Shown here piece after piece: positions 8,582 to 16,400 of a stretch of DNA of 20,110 nt. Origin of the DNA: Candidatus Lindowbacteria bacterium RIFCSPLOWO2_12_FULL_62_27 (GTDB taxonomy: Bacteria; Lindowbacteria; 2-12-FULL-62-27); the NCBI GenBank assembly GCA_001784175.1, contig MFPR01000013.1, positions 62,001-82,110 on the forward strand. Direction: 5' to 3'. The number at the start of each line of letters is the position of its first letter. The stretch's first letter is position 1. The position numbers and the translations under genes were made by a program. Under the pieces are notes generated by a model, which was not told where the DNA came from, made no database searches, and saw only the letters and a program-made list of their open reading frames with translations.

Positions 8582-9201
8582 TACCAGTACGCCCCCACCT
8601 TCGGCTTGAACGACTTCGACAGCATCGAGGCCTCGAGGATCGAGTGGAGGAGCGTCAGGTGCGCGACCTCGACGACGCCGTAGGAACGCGATTTCACGTA
8701 AAAATTCAGGTCCCCGAGCGCGCGCAGGGGGTTCGATTCGTCGAAGCCCGACAGCGTGATGACCCGGCATTTCTTCGCGCGGCCGGCCTCCACGCCGTTG
8801 ATCACATTGCGTGACTTGCCCGAACTGCTGATCGCCACGAGCGGGTCACCGGCGGCGGCGAAGCGTTTGATCGGCTCGGAGAAGAGATGCTCGAAGCCGT
8901 AGTCGTTCGCGACGCAGGTCATGAGGCTCGGTTCGTTGAAGGTGACGGCCGGAAAGCCGCCGTTTTTCCAGTAGTCGATCGCCATGTGCGCCGAAATCGC
9001 GGCGCTGCCGCCATTGCCGATGAAGATGACCTTGCGGCCGGACGCGCACGCCGACTGAATCAGCGCCAGGCCCTTCGCCAAGCCCTCCGGCAGGGTCACC
9101 GCGCCGCCCGACCGGGTCGTCGCGACGGACCGCGCGGTCGCGCGGCCGAGATCGGAGATGAACGTCCGGGCCAGCCGGCCGTGCGCTGCGTTGCGTGTCA
9201 T
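8581..9201 (-). CDS. SIS-domain phosphosugar isomerase, GmhA (phosphoheptose isomerase)-like
   Basis: GNGGSAA, ANDYGF, ISSSGKSRNV, YGVVEVAH. Strong SD GGAGGAG 8 nt before the ATG. Confidence 0.85.
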   Translation of the reverse strand: MTRNAAHGRLARTFISDLGRATARSVATTRSGGAVTLPEGLAKGLALIQSACASGRKVIFIGNGGSAAISAHMAIDYWKNGGFPAVTFNEPSLMTCVANDYGFEHLFSEPIKRFAAAGDPLVAISSSGKSRNVINGVEAGRAKKCRVITLSGFDESNPLRALGDLNFYVKSRSYGVVEVAHLTLLHSILEASMLSKSFKPKVGAYW

Positions 9202-9210
9202 GGTCTACAC

Positions 9211-9324
9211 TCCTCCTCTCCCCCCGAAGGGGGGAGAGGATTGAGGTGAGGGGGGCGCGGACGGCGACGACCGTAATCTGCCACCCTCACCCCAACCCTC
9301 TCCCGCCAAGGGCGGGAGAGGGGG
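9211..9324. repeat. Composite REP-like element of two inverted hairpin units
   Basis: Perfect 12-bp stem 9214-9225/9229-9240 (loop GAA) and perfect 12-bp stem 9296-9307/9311-9322 (loop AAG). Inner arms ttgaggtgagggg (9241-9253) and accctcaccccaa (9283-9295) are near-complementary. It matches the widespread CCCTCACCCCAACCCTCTCCC-nnn-GGGAGAGGG intergenic repeat type. Confidence 0.85.
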
Positions 9325-9347
9325 AATCCCTGGTAAACAGCCACGTT

Positions 9348-10328
9348 TCACGACAGATACCGGAACCAGTCGCGGGTGGCGACGGCGATCGAGTCGGGCG
9401 TCCAGACGGGGGCGTCCCGCCAGTAATCGATGTTCCGTAACATCTCCGCCACGCCCTCCTCGATGGAAACCCGGGGGCGCCATCCCAGCAGGTCCCGGAT
9501 TTTCGAAATGTCCGCGTGCGTGCAGTCAGGCTCGCCGGGACGCTTCGGGACATGCACGATGTCGCCCTCCAGAAGCTCCGCGATGCGGTTCACGCTGGTG
9601 GGGCCGCCCGAGCCGACGTTGAAAATTTCCTGCTGCGCGTCCGCGCGCGCCGCGGTCACAAACGCGTCGACGACGTCCGTCACAAACGTGAAGTCCCGCG
9701 TCTGCGTCCCGTCCCCCACAACCGTGAACGGCCGGCCCTTCAGTTTCTGGGCGAGAAATACGCCGAAGACCGCGCCGTACGTTCCCGACGTGCGCGCCCG
9801 CGGGCCGTAGACGTTGAACAGCCGAAGCGACACCACCGGCAGGTGATAGACCTGGCCCCAGTGAAACGCGCACTGTTCGCCCAGGTTTTTTGTGAGGGCA
9901 TACGGATACTGCGGGCGGATCGGCGCGCGCTCCGGTGTCGGAAACATGTCGGCCATGCCGTAACAGGACGAGGAGGCCGTGTAGAGAAACCGGCGCACGC
10001 CCGCACGCCGGGACATCTCCAACACCGACACCGTGCCCGCGACGTTCGAACGGAAATAATCCATCGGCCGATCAATCGACGGCACGACGTCGGCGAGGGC
10101 GGCAAAGTGAAAGACCCAGTCGACGCCTTCGAAGCTCGGCGCGATCGCGGGGTCGTTGATGTCGGCCTGCACGACGCGCAGGGGCTTGCTCCCCTGCAGG
10201 TGCTTGAGGTTGTCCAGCCGCCCGGTGCTCAGATTGTCGATCACGGTCACATCATGGCCGTCCTTGAGCAGCCGTTCCGTACAGTGGCTCCCGATAAACC
10301 CGGCGCCGCCCGTGACTACAGCTTTCAT
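9348..10328 (-). CDS. NAD-dependent epimerase/dehydratase (extended SDR, UDP-sugar 4-epimerase-like); first gene of the sugar operon
   Basis: [51 protein letters not shown]. Confidence 0.92.
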   Translation of the reverse strand: MKAVVTGGAGFIGSHCTERLLKDGHDVTVIDNLSTGRLDNLKHLQGSKPLRVVQADINDPAIAPSFEGVDWVFHFAALADVVPSIDRPMDYFRSNVAGTVSVLEMSRRAGVRRFLYTASSSCYGMADMFPTPERAPIRPQYPYALTKNLGEQCAFHWGQVYHLPVVSLRLFNVYGPRARTSGTYGAVFGVFLAQKLKGRPFTVVGDGTQTRDFTFVTDVVDAFVTAARADAQQEIFNVGSGGPTSVNRIAELLEGDIVHVPKRPGEPDCTHADISKIRDLLGWRPRVSIEEGVAEMLRNIDYWRDAPVWTPDSIAVATRDWFRYLS

Positions 10329-10402
10329 CGAAACTTACGCTCCATTTAAATCACGTACAGTACCATATTCAGCCTCAAATGAAAGTGTCCTCGCAGGAAA
10401 GG

Positions 10403-10416
10403 CGTAACCGGTTACG
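10403..10416. promoter_or_regulatory. Perfect 14-bp palindrome, candidate transcription-factor operator
   Basis: CGTAACCGGTTACG in the AT-richer gap ~75 nt upstream of the operon start. It resembles LacI-family operators with a central CG. Confidence 0.4.
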
Positions 10417-10421
10417 TTTTT

Positions 10422-10452
10422 TCCCCCCTTTAGAAGGGGGGATTAAGGGGGG
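10422..10452. repeat. REP-like hairpin just downstream of the giant gene
   Basis: 9-bp stem tcccccctt (10422-10430) / aagggggga (10434-10442) with a 3-nt loop, plus a flanking ttaagggggg arm. Confidence 0.65.
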
Positions 10453-10464
10453 TTTCTATCCGCC

Positions 10465-13400
10465 CTACCTCACAATCGCAAGCTTGTCGACGAGGCGGGC
10501 GCCCTGGCTTTCGAGGATATAGATATATACGCCGCTAGCCATTTTCTGGCCGTGCTTGTTGGTCGTATCCCACGTGGCCGTGTTGGATCCGGGCTGCCCG
10601 GCCTGCTTGAGTTCCCGCACCAGCCGGCCGCCGACATCGAATATTTTGATCGTCACGTCGCCCGCGGCGCCCAGATTGTACTTGAACATCATATTCCCCG
10701 CGCCGTCCGGTCCCGGATTGGGATAGACGAAGGTCTGGTCGGGGGCGAGCGGCGACGAGAGGAGCGCGGAGACGTATTCGGGCAGGCCGACGGCCAGAGT
10801 CAATGGGATTTTGGATTTTGGATTTTGGATTTTGGATTCTAAAACCAGAGATGAGGATTGACGCAGGCTGACCGGGCCGGCTGGGTCGCCGATCAGATAC
10901 GCCTCGTAATTCGGCGGCAGGTTCGCCACGTTGTCCCATGACAGCGTCACCGGGCCGTCCACGTCCGACGCCACCATCACGTCCCACGTCCGGCCCTTCG
11001 GGTCCGGCTCGGCGAAACTCGCGGCCAGCCAGTCTCCCTCCTGAGATTTTGGATTTGAACCCCTGGATTCCCGAACCGCCACCGCCACGTACCCGCCCGC
11101 CGCTGCCGGCGGCTCGTACACGGCCGCCAGCGCCGCCGCCCGCGCGTCCGGCATGACGCCTACGTAATTCTGCGCGTCGGTTTTCCCGTCTCCACTCGCG
11201 ATGATCTGGATCGCCCACGCATTGTCTTTCGCCGACAGACCGTATTTCGGCGCCTGATTCAAATTCCCCGTGTCCGCGGCGCCGATCTCCGCCGGGTTCG
11301 GGAAAATGTACATCGTGCACGATTGCAGCGCCTTCACCCAGAACCCGACCATCGGCTTCATCTGCACCGCGCTCACCGTCGATGTGCCGGTCACGATGGC
11401 GCCGGACTGGCTCGTCAGCGTGTTTGGTCCCCACTGGTACTGCGAGCCGTCGTACCAGTAGAGAATCTTGCTGATGACGCCGGCCGCATGCGCCGAGTCG
11501 ATGGAGAGCATCGTGTCGAGGGTTCCCACCCACGTATCGCCGGCCATGCCGGTGTCGATCTTCACCGATTTCTGCCAGTCGATGTAGAAATACTGCCCGC
11601 TGCCGATCTGGTTCCAACCGTTGCCGGTCGCGTTGAGCGACACGCGGACCGTGTCAAACCCCGCCACGCCCTGCGTCCCCTCGTCGATCACCCACCTCTG
11701 TGAGCCCGGGGTCGCCGGTTTCATCCAGTACCCACGCCCGCGCTCCATCGACAGCGGCCGGTGGAATTTCGTCGTCACGCCGTTCAGGCCGGCGTTCACG
11801 CCCAAGTCCTCACGCCACTCGAAGATCAGCGTGCCCGCGCCCAGGTCCGGATTCACCAGACCCGCCGGATCGTTCGTGATCAACGCCTTGTTCGCCGCCA
11901 CCATCCGCCACGACGAGTCGGAGATGTCCCGGCCGTCCACGTAGGCGGTGAACGCCACGGCGCGGTTCGGCGTCGCGCTGTCATTGCGCGCCTCCACCCG
12001 GTACACGCCGGCGGCTGAGCCTAACACGAGCGTTTCGGAAACATACCCGGACGCGTCCGCAAAGGCCGTGGTCGTCGTGGCCGTGCCGGTGTCGCCCAGA
12101 TGCGCGCCGACGCCGTACGTGATCTTGAAGATCACCCGCGCGCCGCTCGACCCCGCGCCCCCGGTGTCGACGACCCGGACACGCAAGGACAGGGCCGAAT
12201 CCGGATTGCCGAGCTGGTGGTTGCCGCTCACGATCGTGATCGTGTCCGCCGGGCTGGGTGGCGGCGGAATGCGCGTGGCGAATTTCGTGTCGGGCGTAAA
12301 GAACGACTCGTTCACGAACGACGCGCCGTCGCGGGACGTCAGGCGGTAATAGTAGGTGTTCTGGCCCGTCACGGTGTTGTCGCGCCAGGTCGCGTCGGAC
12401 GCGCCCGCGGTCCAGACCAGCGCATTGCCCCAGTGCGTCGTGTCCGGCGTGTTGGTCAGGCGGTATATTTTCACGCCGGCAAACCCGAGCGTCCCGCCGT
12501 TCGTCTCCTCGTTCGACGACGGGTTCGTCCACGACACCGTGATGTACCCGGCCTCGGACGTGTCGAGCGCGACGCCGGTCGGCGCGGCCGGGGCGGTCGT
12601 GTCGGCGCCCGCCGACGTGTCGACGGGGGCGAGGCGGTAGGGGCGGAAATCGGAGAAGGCCACGGCAAATTTGGCGCCGATGGCGCTTTCGTCCGTCGAG
12701 CCCCACCAGTTTCGGCTGAGGGATTGAACGACAGCGCCCGAATAGGTGACGTTGGACACGGCGTTGGCGTGAATATTATTTTTGCCGATCAGGTTGGCCG
12801 ACGTGGTCCCGTTGATTTTGACGCCGGTGTCGTTTCCGGTGATGTCATTCTGCGCAATCACGTTGATGTCGGACGCGTCCAGAACAACACCGGCCTGGGC
12901 ATTCGACCGAATCGCGTTGTGCCGCAGAATGTTTGAGTTGTTCGACAGGAGATACACACCGGACTGGCCGTTGGACTGGATCCGGTTGGACTGCAGGAGA
13001 ATCCTCGAACTGGCGTTGAGATACACGCCCATCCAGTTGTTGGACTGGATCAGATTTCCGGTCAGCGTGTCCTCGGCGCTCGAGGCCAGATACATTCCGT
13101 GCTGGGAGTTGGATTGGACGGTGTTGTTCACAAGCGCGTTAAAGGCCGAGCCGTTGAGAAAGATGCCGTTGATGTTGAAGGACGACACGCAGGCCGAAAT
13201 CGTGTTCGTGTCCGAGTTCGAAAGGTAAATGCCTTCGCCGCCGCAGGAACTCACGCTGTCGTTCGACACCGCCGACAGGGACACGGCGTTGAAGAAAATT
13301 CCGTGATACGCGCCGGTGACGCCAAGGCCCTCAATCAGCAGGCGCGTCCGGCCTGTCGCGTAAATGCCGTACAGCCCGCTCGTCGTATTCGCGCCCGGCG

Positions 13401-16400
13401 GGTCGATCACCGTCGTGTCGGACCCGGCGCCGATCAGGCTGATGTTGCTCGAATCGATCACGACGGTCTCGGCGTAGAGGCCGGCGTCGATGTAGACCGT
13501 GTCGCCCGTGTTCACGCGGCTGAGTGCCTTCGCGATCGTCCGGAACGGCTTCTGCGGCGATCCGTCGCCGCCGTTGGTGTCGGCGCCGCCTTCGTAGGTG
13601 AACGAGTCGCCCGCGGCCCAGCCGTCGTTTACGTACCACTTCGGGCCGTTCCAGGGGCTGTTGATCGTGAAGAGGCGCGTCACCGAGTTCGGGCCGACGT
13701 TGCCGAGGTTATCGACCGCGCGGACACGCCAGTAATACGGGTTGATCGCCAGCGACGAGCGCGTGTTGCTCGTCAGAGCGCCGTCCACGGTGTCGGCGAA
13801 GACCAGACTCGTGAATCCACTTGCGTTGGACGCCTCCACCACGTACGAGTCCACACCCACGCTGTCGGCGACCGCCGCCCACGTCATCACCACGGTCGTC
13901 GCCGATGTCTCCATCAAGTCGGCCGGGGCCGTCGCCGTGACCTGCGGCACGGCCGTGTCGACCACAAAGCCGCGCGCCGCCGAATTCGCGCCCGCGTTCC
14001 CCAGAGGGTCGATGGCGCGGACGCGCCAGAAGTATGTGTCGTTGTACAATCCGGTGACCGTATCTGTCGTGTTCGTCCCATCCGTCGTATCCACAAACAC
14101 GACTGCGGCAAACGCGGCGGTGTTCGACACCTCCACCGCGTACGAATCGACCCCGGCGCTGTCCGACACCGCCAACCATGACAGCGCCACCGATGGGGTC
14201 GCCGTCTGATAGCCATCCGCCGGGCTCGACAGAACCGCCTGCGCGGCGCCGCTGTCCACCAGAAATCCCCGCGCGCCCGAGTTCGCGCCGGCGTTCCCCA
14301 GATGGTCGATCGCGCGCACGCGCCAGAAGTATGTGTCGTTGTACAACCCGGTGACCGTATCTGTCGTATTTGCCCCATCCGTCGTATCCACAAACACGAC
14401 CACGGCAAACGCGGCGGTATTTGATACCTCCACCGCGTACGAATCGATCCCGGCGCTGTCCGACACCGCCAACCATGACAGCGCCACCGACGCAGTCGCC
14501 GTCTGCGTGCCGTCCGCCGGGCTCGACAGAACCGCCTGCGCGGCGCCGCTGTCCACCAGAAATCCCCGCACGGCCGAGTTCGCGCCGGCGTTCCCCAGAT
14601 GGTCGATCGCGCGCACGCGCCAGAAGTATGTGTCGTTGTACAACCCTGTGACCGTATCTGTTGTATTCGTCCCATCCGTCGTATCCACAAACACGATCGT
14701 GGAAAACCCGGCGGTCTTCGACGCCTCGACCACGTACGAATCGATCCCGACGCTGTCCGACACCGCCGCCCATGCCAGCGCCACTGCCGCGGTCGCCGTC
14801 TGATAGCCGTCCGCCGGGCTCGACGGAACCGCCTGGCCCGCGGCGGTGTCCAGAAGGATGCCGCGCGCCGGCGACGTGTCCCACGTCAGGGTGTTGCGCC
14901 CGATCACGCGCCAGAAGTACGTGTCGTTTTCCGGAATCGCGCGCGTGACCGAGGTCGCGGTCGTATCCGTCACGCTGTCGACGATCGTTCCAAACGCACT
15001 CGATTTCGAGAGCTGCCACGTGTAGGTGTCGGCGTTCGTGCCGGTCCACTGGAACGTCATGCTCGCGGCCTTCGTCTCGTGCCCGGCGGCCGGCGCCACC
15101 AGCGTCACCGACGCGGCGCCGGTGTCGATCACCACCATGAACGAGTCCGAGTTCGCGCTCACGTTCGACAGATCGTCGATCGCGCGGACGCGCCAGTAAT
15201 ACGTCGCCGATACCAGCGTCGTCGACGTGTCAGCCGTGACCGCGCCGTCCACTGTGTCGGTGAACGCGACCGACGCGAATGACGGGCTCGACGACACCTC
15301 CAGCGCGTAGCTGTCGATACCGACGCTGTCGGTCACGGCGGTCCACGTGAACGCCGGCGTCGAGTTGTTGGTGGTTGTGCTGTTCGCCGGGCTTGTCAGC
15401 GTGGGTTTGGCGACACGCGTGTCATGCATGAATCCGCGCACGGCCGAGTATACGCCGGCGTTGCCCAGATGGTCCGTCGCGCGCACGCGCCAGAAATATG
15501 TGTCGTTGTCCACGCCGTCCGCCGCCCGGGTCGTCTGCGTCCCGTCGACAGTGTCGGTCAGGAACATAGCCGTGAACGCCGTATTCTTTGAGAGTTCCAC
15601 CGCGAAGCTGTCAATCCCGACGCTGTCGGCCGGCGCGTTCCAGCCCAGCGTTACGCTCGCCGCGTTCGTCTCGTGCGCGTCCGCCGGCTGGGACAGCGCC
15701 ACCTGCCCGACCCGCGTGTCGATCACGAATCCGCGCGCGGCTGAATTGGCGCCGACGTTGCCCAGATGGTCCGTCGCGCGCACGCGCCAGTAGTAGGTGT
15801 CGTTGTCCGTCGACGCGAACACGTCCGATGTGGACGCGGCGTCCAACGTGTTGGTGTAGACGATCGACCCAAACCCGATCGCCCGCGAAACTTCGACCAC
15901 GTAGGAATCAAGCCCGACGCTGTCCGAGAGCGCCGCCCAGTTCAGGCTCACGCTCGCGGAGGTCGTCTGGTTTCCGTCCGCCGGACTCGACAGCACGACC
16001 TGTCCGGCGCCCGTGTCTACGACGAATCCGCGGACCGTCGAGTTTGAGCCCGTGTTTCCGACCTGGTCGATGGCCCTTACTCTCCAGTAATATGTGTCGT
16101 TGTACAGCCCCGCCGGCGTGTCCGACGTTACGCTTCCGTCCACCGTGTCGACCACGACGGTCGACGTGAACGCCGCGCTCTTGGATACCTCCACGACGTA
16201 CGAATCAATCCCGACGCTGTCCGCCGTCGCCGCCCACGTCAGCGCCACGCTCGCGGTCGATTTTTGCGAGCCGTCCGCCGGACTCGACGCCGTCACCTGA
16301 GCCGCCTTCGTGTCCACCACAAATCCGCGGACCGCCGAATTCGAGCCGGCGCTCCCGAGGTTGTCGATCGCGCGGACGCGCCAGAAATACGTATCGTTTT

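Noticed and set aside
9195-9553. Small ORFs across the 9202-9347 gap
   Set aside because: They are translations of the hairpin repeat (PHPNPLP / GEGWGEG) and overlap real genes.
10422-10442. Rho-independent terminator for the giant gene
   Set aside because: On the transcribed minus strand the hairpin is followed by A's, not a U-tract.
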